From Octopus bimaculoides (Eukaryota), in NCBI RefSeq assembly GCF_001194135.2, contig NC_068981.1, positions 66,030,601-66,094,600 of the forward strand: 64,000 nucleotides of DNA. The letters are read 5' to 3'. The translations under genes and the position numbers were made by a program. Positions 51,227 through 64,000 of this stretch are shown here, in pieces; position 1 is the first letter of the stretch, and the number at the start of each line of letters is the position of its first letter. The notes beneath the pieces are model-generated. The model had not been told where the DNA came from. It searched no databases and saw only the letters and a list, made by a program, of their open reading frames with translations.

Positions 51227-51595
51227 GTGGAGGCGCAATGGCCTAGTGGTTAGGGCAGCGGACTCGCAGTCATAGGATTGCGGTTTCGATTCCCAGACCG
51301 GGCATTGTGAGTGTTTATTGAGCGAAAACACCTAAAGCTCCACGAGGCTCCCACAGGGGATGGTAGTGAACCCTGCTGTACTCTTTCACCACAACTTTCC
51401 CTCACTCTTACTTCCTGTTTCTGTTGTACCTGTATTTCAAAGGGCCAGCCTTGTCACACTGTGTCACGCTGAATCTCTCTCGAGAACTATGTTAAGGGTA
51501 CACATGTCTGTGGAGTGCTCAGCCACTGGCACGTTAATTTCATGAGCAGGCTGTTCTGTTGATCAGATCAACTGGAACCCTTGTCATCGTAATCG
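51227..51595 (+). mobile_element. tRNA-derived SINE family D
   Basis: Head ggcgcaatggcctagtggttagggcagcggactcgc..ggtttcgattcccagaccggg with A/B boxes, continuing into a ~300-bp non-tRNA body. Confidence 0.8.
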
Positions 51596-52383
51596 TCATT
51601 ATCTTGGATAACCTGCCTAAATTAACATAAATTGCACTTGCATATACAACATGCCACACAATTAGGTACAATGTGTACAAGACCAAATACCTTACAGTTT
51701 AAATTTTGTCACCAGCTACTTTATATCTCATCACTAGCAGACATTTAGAGAATAAATGCTGTCTGCTCTTTATCTGTTTAGTTGCTTGATACAGCTTAAG
51801 CCAAATTACCAGCAGGAGATCATACTTAACCACATGCATTTATTTTTGTTTTAAACAAGCTGCAGAGTGAAGGCATTGACTTTTGTTTCTAAATGCATCA
51901 CTACTGTTCTATGAACTGTGCATTTGCAATGCAGTGATGAAAGGGTTATTATAACAGTGTATTCAGTAGTTGTTCACTCTGCTAGAAATAGCACCCTATT
52001 ATTCCTCAAATAACTGCCAACTGTCTTAAAAAGAAAAAAAATGAAAAAAAAAATAGACACATTAGATGATGTGGTCCTGGATTACTTGCATATAAGGAAA
52101 AGCAGGATGATCAGAGCTGGAATGCTTTGATCATAGGTCTGCTTGATCAGAGTTGCCTGGGGCTAAACAGCAATGACAACCACAGTATTAGATGAGAGTG
52201 TATGTGAGTGTGTTCGTGTGTGTGTATGTGTGTGTGTGTGTGCGTGTGCATGTGTGTGTGTGTGTGCATGCGTGCATATGATAATCAAGATATGAATAGA
52301 CTGTTTCTGAGGAGGCAAGATTGTCAAGGTGACAGAACTTAGGATTAAAAGACCTTATAAGGTTTAATATTTAGGTGCTCTAA

Positions 52384-52610
52384 AGGGGTGAGCTGGTAGA
52401 ATTATTAGCATGCCAAGCAAGATGCTTAGAGGCATTTTGTCTGTCTTTCATTATGAGTTCAAATTCCGCTGAGGTCAACTTTGCCTTCCATCCTTTTGGG
52501 GTCAATAAAATAAGTACCAGTTGAGCACTAGGATTGTTTTAATCGACTTACCTCATATCTGAAATTGCTGGCCTTATACCCTTTGGGCTTGATCTGAAGA
52601 TATTGCTTTA

Positions 52611-52654
<44 letters not shown>

Positions 52655-52880
52655 TACTTCCAAGTAAGTAGTGATCTGGTAGAATCATTAGCATGATGGA
52701 CAAAATACTTAGTATTATTTCTTTCAATATTTCACTTTCTGAGTTCAAATTCTGCTGAGGTTAGCTTTGCCTTTCATCCTTTTGGGGATGATAAAATAAA
52801 GTACCAGTCAAGTATTGGGGTCAGTAAAACTGACTTGCCCCCTCCCCTCAAACTGCTGGCCATGTGCCAAAATTAGTGAG
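52384..52880 (+). mobile_element. Two adjacent family A SINE copies separated by (ATT)n
   Basis: Heads at ~52384 and ~52670, each with gagttcaaatt and ctttgcctt.catcctttt.ggg..ataaaataa.gtaccagt. Confidence 0.75.
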
Positions 52881-53683
52881 ATCATTATTTAGACCCGGGT
52901 CAGTCTTGACTTACAGATATGTAATCCAAGACATTCCTACTCCATGACCACCCTGTCTGTTTTAGAGTATCTCTAAGACTACATTATACAATTCTTTTCT
53001 GTGTTCTGTCTTTTAGTGAGAGAGTAGAGTGTAATTAAAGGATATTTGACTGCTAAGTCTGATACATCAAGTGACTATGTAAAATCTCTTCTGTTGGTTT
53101 GAGCTAAGATAGAGTGACAAGATCTGCTGAGTAAGTTTTATGCTCTTAGTAACCTGACTCCTTATGTGGTTTAATTACCTGATTGTAATAAATTTGCCTT
53201 GCTAGTAACCTTGTGTTTGATGTGAACATAAAAAAACCCCAAAAACAATTATATTTCCTATAAAAATAAGACAACTATAACCCATATATCAAAGTGATGA
53301 AGTTGTAGAGAAGACGCTTCAAAACCTTCTAAGGTCGCTTTTGATTCTCATATCTCTCATGTCAATAAAATAATGAGTGCCAGAAAAGTTCTTGGGTTAA
53401 TTTATACACGTTTATTATTTCTCAGGTAAATTTCAAGCCTTGTACCTTATCAAAAGAGATCAATATATTTTGCTTTATTGTAATAATTTCCAATATAATT
53501 ACTGTTAATATTCCCAACAAAGAACATAACTTTGAACAAATATTTCTCTTACAGCCATATTTTTTGTAAGCTTCTGTCTAATTTTGGTTCTTGCTTCTTA
53601 CTTTCATTTGCTTCTGGCACAAACAAGTTGAAAGAAGTGCTTATGCTAATTGAAATAGCAAAGAGAAGAATACGCATGCACAG

Positions 53684-53718
<35 letters not shown>

Positions 53719-56700
53719 AATGGATATATGGAAAAAGAAGAGGAAAGTGTGAAAAAGAATAATGTTGATGCATTATTCAATTTTCCTTTACTTAAGAGGA
53801 AACACCTTACTATACACACACACACACACACACACTCACACACACATATATATGTACCCACACACACATTTACACATGCCCACACACATCATTATTGTTC
53901 ATGTTCCATGCTGCCATTTGTTAGATGTGTGTATGCTTGTGTGTGTGTGTGTGTGTGTGTGTGTTTGTGTGTGATCATCATCATCATTTAATGTCCATTT
54001 TCCACCATGCTGATACGTACACTTTTCCATGCTCACATGGGTTGGACTGAATTTGTTGAGGTGGATTTTCTATAGCCAGATGCCCCTTTCTATTGCCAAT
54101 CTCTCACCTGCTTCCAAGTTAGGCTGTATTTCTACATTCTTGGAAGATTGGAAATGAAGAACGTCACTTGCATGTGGTTAATACTCACTTAGAACTACCA
54201 TATGATGTCAAGGCAAGGAGACAGTAACACACACACACACACACACACATAGAATTCCATATGTATTTCTCTTCGTTATTGCACTTGTATCAGACATTGT
54301 TAATCTGGAATCTGAGTATGTCACAGATTGCATGGAGTAAATTAGACAAATTATGAGAGATTGTTTATATGGTATATAAGCTTTTATAACAAAAAAACTT
54401 TTAGTTACATATGTAAATTACATTATCAAAATTCATTGTCAAATCTTCAGAGACATGTAATATTTATAAGTGGCATTACTGAGTTGTTGAAATGTTGACA
54501 GAAGTAACCATTGAAGTGATAGCAACCAAGCATCATACAATCTGTCAGTCAAAGACAAACTGTATAATGTTCGTGTATGAAGAATGATGTTACTTGGCAG
54601 CAAAATGTGAGTTGTGAATGCAAAGGGTATGTGAAGACTTGAAAGAAATAAAGCTTGCAAACTTCACTGGATGTGCTATGTCAGTGTGCATGTACTACAA
54701 AGTGCAAATGTGCTAAGAAAAATATCTCTTGCCCCATCCCACCCAAACATGCTTTTCCTCAAGAAAGTTTTGGTGGCATTAAGTGGAAGTGAATGGCTTA
54801 AATGAAGAATCAAAACTAAATTACTAATCTGGTCCATTTAATGGAACTTCTAAGAAATCTGTCCAATAATTATTATTATTCTTTAATTATTACCTTGATA
54901 AGCATCAAAAGCCCAGTCATAATGAATTGATTATACATTATAAATATGTCATTAATAACCATGTTGAAGATTAATGGAGAAGTACTATACTAGTATATAT
55001 ATATATCTAATGCATAAAACTCTGGACTTGAGCCAACAAGTAAACTTTCAGACCATTTACTCCAGCTTGCTAAAGTAACAGCAAAATCTCTATTTATGTT
55101 AATTGCTATGTATCATTTATTTTTTTTTTTCATTTCACACAAAAAAATGACACAGATAATATCAAGCAATATTTCTGCTAATATTACAATTACTATTATC
55201 ACCAACAGCACCAACAACAATGCTACTATTCTATTACCAATGTTAATATAGCCTCTAGACGTAAATCAAAGCATCAACTATTTCTGTAAGTTAGCCTCTG
55301 TACAAGTGATTGCCTGTCTAAAATAATTAATTCTGATGTAGCAAAACTTACTATGCACACTATATTTTATTTTTGTCTTGAATATAACAATTAAAACTTT
55401 GAAACATGCAAAAAAATGTTGGACTGAAAATTAAATGCAATATGCTTGGATTGTCAAACACCACACAACACAAACAAGATATTCGCAGTAATGGTGTCTA
55501 TAATATGATCTCAAAACAAATTAAATAATAAAACATCCAATGCATGGAATCTAAGTGTCATTTATAAATATTAAAAACTGACAAAAAAACAATTATTTGC
55601 TTCAACATATACTCATAGGACACAATATGGTCAACTGGTTTGGAAGTATGCTTTACAATCATAAAATCCTGTCTTCAATCTCACTGCATGGCATTTTGGG
55701 CATGTGTGTTTTACTATTGCCTCAGTCAACTGAAGTCCTGTGGCTAAAATTGGAGAGGTGAAAACTGTGTAGAAGTCAGTCAGATGGATTGTACTCATAA
55801 TTTAAAGGGCCAGCCTTGTTACATATTGTGCCCCATTGACCCTGCTTGAGTTTGACAATGCTTTTTATCCTTTCAGAGTCATCAAAAATAAAGTACCAAT
55901 AATGTACTTGAGTAGACTCAGTCTGTTATACCATTCTCCTATAAGTATATGGCTTTTGTGAACTAATGAAATCATTATGAAAAAAGGAACAAAGATATGA
56001 TTTAGTTGCTAGACAACTGACAACTGGGATATGGATGAATTTGAACATGGTTACAATCATTCTGCAGTGTCCAGGGACATAGTATAGCATTCTATTTATT
56101 GTAGTTTGCTTAGCTCACAATGTGCTCAAACCCTAACTCATTGTAAAATGGTAGTAGTGGTGGTGGTGGTGGTTTTGATGAATTTGAGTCTATAATCCAT
56201 TGAATCAAGGAATCACTTAAAAATATATATTTTCATCATGTGTATTTCTGTAACATTTTAATATCATATTATTGTATCATGGTATGAAGTTATTTACCTC
56301 TGCTTCTGTAGCTGTAGATTTCTTTTGTGGGAGTTACAGAAGTTAGATATAATTACATTCATACCATTAAGTGATGTTGGAAGCAATGTGCTGTTTTGTG
56401 TACCATTCTCAACATTCTCCTAATTCTACACTTGCACAGTTGCTATCTTTCATTGGTTGATTATGTATTTGTCCTGGTATCTTAGGAACTATTGAAGAAA
56501 TGAAGACCCAATATTTAAAAAATTATTACTAAGCAAAGTTTTTAAATATACATATTTAAAAAAATGGACGTACAATGATAAAAATGATGCTGATGATGAT
56601 GATGATGATAGTAGTGGAGGTGGTGTTGCTGGTGAGGCTTATAAACAAAAATCAATCACTCAATAAATGAAATTAAGAGAAATGTATTCGCACACTTAAT

Positions 56701-57738
56701 TACATAGCAACATAATTTCTTACTGACATTGATTATTAATAATACTAACGACATGTGGTAAGAAACATTTCTTTTTGCGTTCATTCTTTAATTATTTATC
56801 ATTTTGGTTTATATTGGGTCAAATATTTCTTCTGATCATGCAATAAATCATTTCAAATTGCAGCACAAGGCCAGCAATTTTCAGGAACGAGGGAAGTTAA
56901 TTACGTTGTCCTCAATGTTCCACTGGTACTTATTTTATCAACCCTAAAATGATGAAAGGCAAAACTGACTTCAGCAGTATTTGAACTCAGAATGTAGAGT
57001 CAGAAGAAAGGGCACTATGCATTTTGTCCAACATGGTAATGGTTCTGCCAGCTTGTGATCATACAAAATCTTGTAATAAATGAAAATGGGTATACATCAA
57101 GCTCAGTTTGTTTTAGTCATTTGTTTTAGCCATTTGTTCAGTTTTACATCTATAGCAGTTAGCCACTTGTAACTTTGTTTTCAAGTGCTATGACTGGCCT
57201 AATATTTCCCTTTCAAACTGTTTTTGTTTGAGTGTAGACAATCGAAAAAGAGCAGTTTAGTCTTGGCTGGTTTCTAAACACTACTGACACATAGCCCATT
57301 TGTAAAAAATAATTGTATGTTTTTCTATCAAATAGCATAGTTTTAACAAGCACACTCACATACACACATCATCATCATCACACATATATACACATACACA
57401 AATATGTATTAAATGATACACTATGGAACATATTACTTCAATAATTCTAATTAATAACATATCCCAGAAGATTTATGTTTGATTATTGACTGGTATATAC
57501 AGAGTATGATTGAGAGAGGATGAATGATTTTCATTACTCTAAAACTGAATGTGATGCATTTATATTGAAATTATGGTTGTCCTGATGTTAGAAATGTATG
57601 CTTTTTCTATATATTGTAAAATAATGCTTAATGATAGATATATTGTTGTATAAAATATTCCTATCTGTTTTGCATACTAACTGCAGTATAATATTAAAAA
57701 GTAGCAGTTACACATTGCAAATCAGTAAAAGAAAGATG

Positions 57739-57770
<32 letters not shown>

Positions 57771-58007
57771 CGCACACACGCACAAATGAGTAGGTGTGTA
57801 TAAAATATAACAAAACAATTCTGTGTGTGTGTGTAGCATTTGTAGTAGCTATTATTAAATTCCACATCATAGTAAGTATGATGCTTGACAGTTTACACAT
57901 AACAGCAGCTGTTGTCACATACTAAAAACAAAGCACTTGTAGATTTTGCATCACTACCAACTCTAAGAACTCATATCTTTAACTTATATCTTCTAGTGTG
58001 TGTACAT

Positions 58008-58085
58008 GTGTGCGTTGGTGTAGGTGTATATGTGTGTGTTGGTGTAGGTGTATATTTGTGTGTTGGTGTAGGTGTATATATGTGT
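58008..58085. repeat. 24-bp minisatellite x3
   Basis: Unit gtgtgttggtgtaggtgtatat.. repeated three times. Confidence 0.85.
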
Positions 58086-58466
58086 AGTGAAAGAGAAGTT
58101 GGCATAAACAATAGAAAGATTATTTATTTGCCTTCTAGAATCTAGTACAGTATCTTAGCTTCTCGTTATAAAATTCTTATCCCTTGAGGAATTTGAATGC
58201 GTTAAGGTAAGATACTGAACTAGATTCTTCTTAGATTGAGAAAGATATACTAGAGTTGGACTGGAAACTGACAGAAATGGTAAGGCAACAAATTAATTAT
58301 CTTACACATGTTTGTTTTTGTCTCCCAACATTCAAAGTTCAAATTCCATCAGAGATAATTTTGTGCTTGGTTCCTGTGAGAGTTAATAAATTAACAATTA
58401 GTTATACACATATACACACATATGCACACAACATACACACATATGCATATGACATATACACAGGTA

Positions 58467-59307
58467 TATAGAGAGTGTCTCGACTAAATTTGATGATTTT
58501 TTTATACCTCCTTTTTGCAGGAACAGCTTAATTTATTTGGTGAACAGTCAACAGAGAGCATAAAGATTTAAAGTAGTAGTTGAAGAAACGTTATCTGACA
58601 TGGAGGATTGGAAGCCATTTGGACATTGGAAAGAGCTACCTGTATCATGATGATTCATGATACAGGTGTCAAAATACCAACATCATGCTCTGTGAACACT
58701 GTAAAAGCTGTAAGATATGACATGGACGGCTACAACAGAGACTATGAAGCTGTGGCCAGCAGGAAGGGATTCAGCAGATATTCTAACTGTGTCTGCATGC
58801 CACAATTCATCCCCACATCTTTGAACAGGGTCTTAGGCTAAATTCAGATGGTTATGGGAAGCTGCTGGAGACTGTGGTCAATCCCTGGCTGGAGAGGGTT
58901 GCTATTGAAAAGCCATATGTATGGCAGCATGATTTGGCTCCTTTCCAAACTTCTGGAGAGTTAGAAGTGGTTGTTGGAGAATTTATTACAACTTCACCAA
59001 CCCCAATATCTGGCCTTCACATTCCCCCCGATTGTAATCCTGTGGATTACTATGTGTGGAGCACACTTTATTAAAACACCAACCACTCTGCCTGCAACAC
59101 CAAGCCACAAGATCAAGGAGGTGTTCAAATATCTTCCCAGAAATACAATGAGGAACTCATGCACTAGCTTCCAGAGCAACCTTGAGACTATGGAAGAATA
59201 GAATGTTATTCTTTGAATTTTTTGCGATAACTTTATTTTTGGATGAGATATTGTATTATCTTTGCCTTTAATGCAAATTGTCAAATTTAACCCAAACACA
59301 CTTTATA
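58467..59307 (+). mobile_element. Tc1/mariner (maT/DD37D-like) internally deleted transposon
   Basis: LLETVVNPWLERVAIEKPYVWQHDLAP...PPDCNPVDYYVWS matches WQQDxAP and SPDxNPxDY; degenerate TIRs tatagagagtgtctcgactaaatttgat / ttgtcaaatttaacccaaacacactttata. Confidence 0.8.
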
Positions 59308-59409
59308 TACATACATATGTGTATATGTGTATATGTATGTATATGTATGTATATGTATGTGAATATGCATACACACACTCGCATATACATATATATGTAC
59401 ATATATATT

Positions 59410-59820
59410 CTTTTATTCTTTTACTTGGCCATACTGGAGTAAGGGTCTTAGTCGAAGAAATTGATCCCAGGACTTCTTTGTAAGTCTGGCACTTCTGTTG
59501 GTCTCTTTTGCCGAACCACTAAATTACGGGGACATAAACACACCAGCATTGGCTGTCAAGTGATGGCATGGAGACAGACAGGCAGACAGACAGACAGACA
59601 CACACACACACACACGCACACACATACACACACACACACATATATATAATATATATATATAACAGGCGTCTTTCAGTTTCTGTCTACCAAATCCGCTCAC
59701 AAGGCTTTGGTCATCCTGAGGCTATAATAGAAGACACTTGCCCAAGGTGGCATGCAGTGAGACTGAACCCAGAACCATGTGCTTGGGAAGCAAGCTTCTT
59801 ACCACACAGCTACACCTCTG
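59410..59820 (-). mobile_element. SINE family B, reverse orientation
   Basis: Reverse complement of 42003-42443 with internal (GACA)/(CA)/(TA) repeats. Confidence 0.8.
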
Positions 59821-59828
59821 CCTATATA

Positions 59829-60045
59829 TACAGAGTCTACCAAAAAAATGTATACACATTTCAAGAGAAGAAATATCTGTATAAATATTTAACTTGTATA
59901 ATTACCTCTATAAATATAGACACCTCTTTCAATGTTTTATCAGACTGTGATAACACTGAATAAATTACAATAACACTGAATAAAAATATTTATACAGATT
60001 TTTCCTTTCCTGAAATGTGTATGCATTTTTTGGGCGAACTCTGTA
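59829..60045. mobile_element. Tc1/mariner-type MITE with ~60-bp TIRs
   Basis: TA-cagagtctaccaaaaaaatgtatacacatttc...atctgtataaatattt is mirrored by aaatatttatacagatt...gaaatgtgtatgcattttttgggcgaactctg-TA. Confidence 0.8.
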
Positions 60046-60609
60046 TACATACACACACACACACACACAAATATATAAACACACACAGAGATGTAATATG
60101 GTGGTGGCTTTAATTCAAAAGTAAAGAACTAAAGTCTCTCTATTGGGTGGTGGAGGAAACTTATTAAAACCTCTCTGCTTGTCCTGCAAAAATTAAATTA
60201 GAAGCAGTACTTCTAAGATGACGACATACTGTTAAGTAGAAATACATTGCTAATGTCAAGAAACTGATAATTCATCTTCTATTCTATATACCATTTCAGT
60301 CTATTCTATATAACATTTCAGTCTAGCCATGCTGTTTATGTGCTTCAAAAAGGTTCAAACATAAAAAGAGTCTGTCTTTACCTCTTGAAGAAATTTATAA
60401 TCATTATAGTTATAAACTCTGTGCAGGAAAAAAGGTTTTACATTATTTTCTAATACATCTTTTGACATGACTTGTTATAGGTGTCTTTTCAACTTTATAT
60501 AGTATACTATGTTCCATAAATATATTGGGTAAAATCTTTTATCTTTTAACTTTTACTTGTTTCAGTTATTGGACTATGCTGGGGCACCATCTTGAAGGGT
60601 TTTGATTAA

Positions 60610-60790
60610 ATGAAGGTCCACAGCTCTTCAATACCCTACTACAAAGATTAAGAAATCTACATAATGTGGATATAGATGTCTTCAAAAAGGAACTAGACAT
60701 CCTCCTCTCCACAATATCAGATGAACCAACAGCTCGGCAAGAAGTACAGACAAGGGCAGCGGAATCAAACTCTCTCATACACTAAATGGG
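60610..60790 (+). mobile_element. CR1/L2-group LINE ORF2 C-terminus
   Basis: EGPQLFNTLLQRLRNLHNVDIDVFKKELDILLSTISDEPTARQEVQTRAAESNSLIH* matches the GPxLFNxLP..FKxxLD..PDEP..SNSL end motif. Confidence 0.7.
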
Positions 60791-61074
60791 CCAACAGCTG
60801 AGACAAAGGCACGTACAGGAGTGGTGATGTGAACCCCTCTGTCAAAGGAAATCAGAAAAACTACAGTGATGCTCCAACATAACTGCAGCTGCATGACTGC
60901 AACAAATAAAAGAATAAAAGAAAGTACTTATTCTATTAATCTCTTCTGATGAACCACTAAGTTACAGGGACATAAATAAATCAGCATTGGTTGTCAAGCT
61001 GTGGTAAGAGACAGAATTTAAAAAGTCAAAAGTAAATTATTATACCCAAGTAAAAGCAAAAAAAGAAAAAAATT

Positions 61075-61400
61075 TTGCTTCCCAACCACGTGGTTCTGGA
61101 TTCAGTCCCACTGTGTGGCACCTTGGACATGTGTCTTCTACTATAGCCTCAGGCCAACCAAAGCCTTGTGAGTGGATTTGGTAGATGGAAACTATGTATG
61201 TACCCTATCACCACTTGACAACTGTTGTTGGTGTGTTTACATCCCTATAACTTAGCAGTTTAGTAAAGGAGACTGATAAAATAAGTATCTAGCTTAAAAT
61301 ACAATAAGTACTGGAATTGATTCATTTGACTAAAAATTCAAGGCAGTGCCCCACTATGACCACAGTCTAATTAATGAAACAGGTAGAAGATAAAAGATAA
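61075..61400 (+). mobile_element. SINE family B copy
   Basis: gcttcccaaccacgtggttctggattcagtcccactgtgtggcaccttggacatgtgtcttc... Confidence 0.75.
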
Positions 61401-61794
61401 ATAAAAATATTTTCTTAAGAATTTAAACAAATCCTTGCTTTAAGGTGCAGGATTTACTGTTCCATTTCAATTTTTCCAAAATAGCTACCAATATCTTTAC
61501 TTATCATTGAACCAACTAGCATTTGGTTCTTCTTAAATATGAAATGGACTCAAAAAGTAAGTATATGTCTCCAAATCATTGGAGTGCATACAATGGATGA
61601 GAGTTTTATAGCTGGTGACATTTCATAAAAAGCTTGATACATAAACCTCTTAGAGAGAGAAGAAATGAAGTATAAAGAATTAAGTCTCTACAAGCAAAAC
61701 AATGGAAACTTCTGCTGCTGCAAATTTGAACTTTCAAGTTAGCTGAGAGGACATTACTTTACCCAATCAGTCATGCACATACATGCCCACACGC

Positions 61795-61817
61795 AACACA
61801 CACAAACATGCGACACA

Positions 61818-61904
<87 letters not shown>

Positions 61905-62315
61905 TCACACACAACTGCACAATGTACATATACACGTATGGATACTATGCATACACACAGCACATTACAATCACCTCACACACATGTACACATCTCAAAA
62001 CACTGATAACACATCAGATGCATATTACATATACACTCCTTAAAACCTTAACAGCACAGCAGGTATATATACCACATCATACATCTCAAAAACTTCACAG
62101 CCCATACAATACACGCTGGATATTACACATCTCAAAACCCCCAACAATACACCAGGTCAGAAGCCACACAACACACTAAATGCATGCCATATATCACACC
62201 TCTTACTCACAAGCATACAGCTGCCATGAAATACACAAACATCACAAAAATCAACACCAAAACACTTCATATATTACATACATACACATACAAGCACACA
62301 CCAAACCACACACTT

Positions 62316-62364
<49 letters not shown>

Positions 62365-62379
62365 NNNNNNNNNNCACTT

Positions 62380-62447
<68 letters not shown>

Positions 62448-62460
62448 CACGTGTGACACA
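61795..62460. repeat. Long (CA)n and degenerate CA-rich low-complexity region
   Basis: Directly visible; source of the HT/CV ORFs. Confidence 0.9.
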
Positions 62461-62767
62461 AACACACAGAATGACTCAAACACACAGACATTATTTTATT
62501 ATCACACTTTAAAAGTTGGAATAGTTAACAAGGAAATAAACTGGAGAAGACCTACACATGTCTGCGTCAAAGATGAAGAATGAAGGAAACTTGTATAAGT
62601 CATGGTGGAGTTAAATTTGGATCAGGCATTCAAAATTGATTTATTGCTTCGAAAATCATTTTCCCCTTCTAAACGTTTATTTTTTTCCTTCCACTAGCAG
62701 AATTCTTCCAGATCAATTGGGTTATTTGTAACTGCTTGTACGCAGATTTATATTTATCTCTGTTCTG

Positions 62768-62840
<73 letters not shown>

Positions 62841-62890
62841 CTATATACTTAAAAGCCTAAGTTCAAAAACTAATTAGATCACTGTTGAAA

Positions 62891-62943
<53 letters not shown>

Positions 62944-62959
62944 ATAATAATAATAATAA

Positions 62960-63769
62960 TACTGGAAACAGAGCTAAATGCAAAAAGCAAGATAATAGAT
63001 ATCAACAATCTAGCTGTTCTAGTTATAAATTACAGCTACAATATTTTTAACTGGACTCTTAATGAACTAATCAAAATAGACAGGAAAACAAGAAAAATAA
63101 TGACAGGATTCACCACCCAAAATCTAACATAGAAAGGCTATATATACAACGTATCGAAAGTGGTAGAAGCCTTATACAGCTAGAAAACTATTACAAAATA
63201 ACCACCATAGGACTACAGAAATACCTGCTTCAGAAGCAAGGAAAACTAATACAAATAGCCACAAAACACGAACAAAACAAAAAACTGTTTTCAGTCTTTA
63301 AGGAAGCTGACAAATGCAAAAAAGAAGTCATAGTACCTAACAACTATGAAGAAAAAGAAGAAACAACAAAAGCTGTAAAACATCTGAAATCCAAACTAAA
63401 ACTAGAACAGCAATGGATCATGATAAAACAATGGCAAGAAAAGCTCCTTTATGGCAAATACTGGGATAAATTAAACAGAAAAGAAATAGACAAAGCAAAA
63501 TCTCAACAATGGCTGAGAAGCTCAGGACTCAAAGCAGAGACTGAAGGATTTTAAATTTCAGCACAAGATCAAAGCCTTCCCACCAGAAATTACCAAACAC
63601 ATGTAATGAAAAGAAATACAACATGTAACTTCAGAATATGTGGAGATGGAGAAGAAACAATAAATCATATTCTCTCTGACTGCCACGTCCTGGCTAAGAA
63701 GGAATATATTCACAGACACGACAAAGCTGGGACCTATATACACTGGAAGCTATGCTAACACTATGGAAT
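62960..63769 (+). mobile_element. R4/Dong-clade non-LTR retrotransposon fragment (RT C-terminus to CCHC finger)
   Basis: KIIDINNLAVLVINYSYNIFNWTLNELIKIDRKTRKIMT..HHPKSNIERLYIQRIESGRSL...SQQWLRSSGLKAETEGF..AQDQSLPTRNY...RICGDGEETINHILSDCHVLAKKEYIHRHD; frameshifts and stops; begins in a (TAC)n(TAA)n tract. Confidence 0.85.
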
Positions 63770-64000
63770 CATCATCATCATCATCATCATCGTTTAACGT
63801 CCGCTTTCCATGCTAGCATGGGTTGGACGATTTGACTGAGGACTGGTGAAACCGGATGGCAACACCAGGCTCCAGTCTGATTTGGCAGAGTTTCTACAGC
63901 TGGATGCCCTTCCTAACGCCAACCACTCAGAGAGTGTAGTGGGTGCTTTTACGTGTCACCCGCACGAAAACGGCCACGCTCGAAATGGTGTCTTTTATGT
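63768..64000 (-). mobile_element. RTE-LINE 3'UTR copy, reverse orientation, interrupting the R4/Dong fragment
   Basis: (cat)n-cgtttaacgtccgctttccatgctagcatgggttggacg is the reverse complement of 4560-4648; runs off the window end. Confidence 0.88.

Noticed and set aside
51230-51305. tRNA-like sequence
   Set aside because: No proper acceptor stem or cloverleaf, and it continues into a SINE body; it is a SINE head.

Overview
AT-rich, CpG-poor, microsatellite-laden animal genomic DNA with several N gaps. The repeat families (tRNA-derived SINEs with internal microsatellites, RTE LINEs with (GAT)n tails) look like those of Octopus/coleoid cephalopods; this is recognition from memory, not a database result. 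No prokaryotic genes, CRISPR, rRNA or true tRNA genes. The only host coding sequence I can support is two minus-strand exons of a secernin (SCRN2/3-like, peptidase C69 Ntn-hydrolase) gene at 21592-21780 and 13026-13213, both with canonical splice sites. Its next coding exon and its presumed upstream 5' exon were not found. The rest is mostly intronic/intergenic and filled with decayed mobile elements: RTE, R4/Dong, CR1/L2 and Penelope-like retroelements, several SINE families, Tc1/mariner remnants and MITEs, a piggyBac-type MITE and a Helitron-like element. Most ORF-track entries are microsatellite or N-gap artefacts. Best leads: (1) a type I minimal hammerhead-ribozyme motif on the minus strand at 5802-5866 inside a ~230-nt hairpin-rich element (candidate retrozyme or Penelope-like repeat); (2) a 43-bp hairpin at 23167-23270 whose five arm differences are all G-U wobbles on the secernin-sense strand; (3) several other inverted repeats that could form intronic dsRNA. 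Repeat boundaries are approximate and read by eye.
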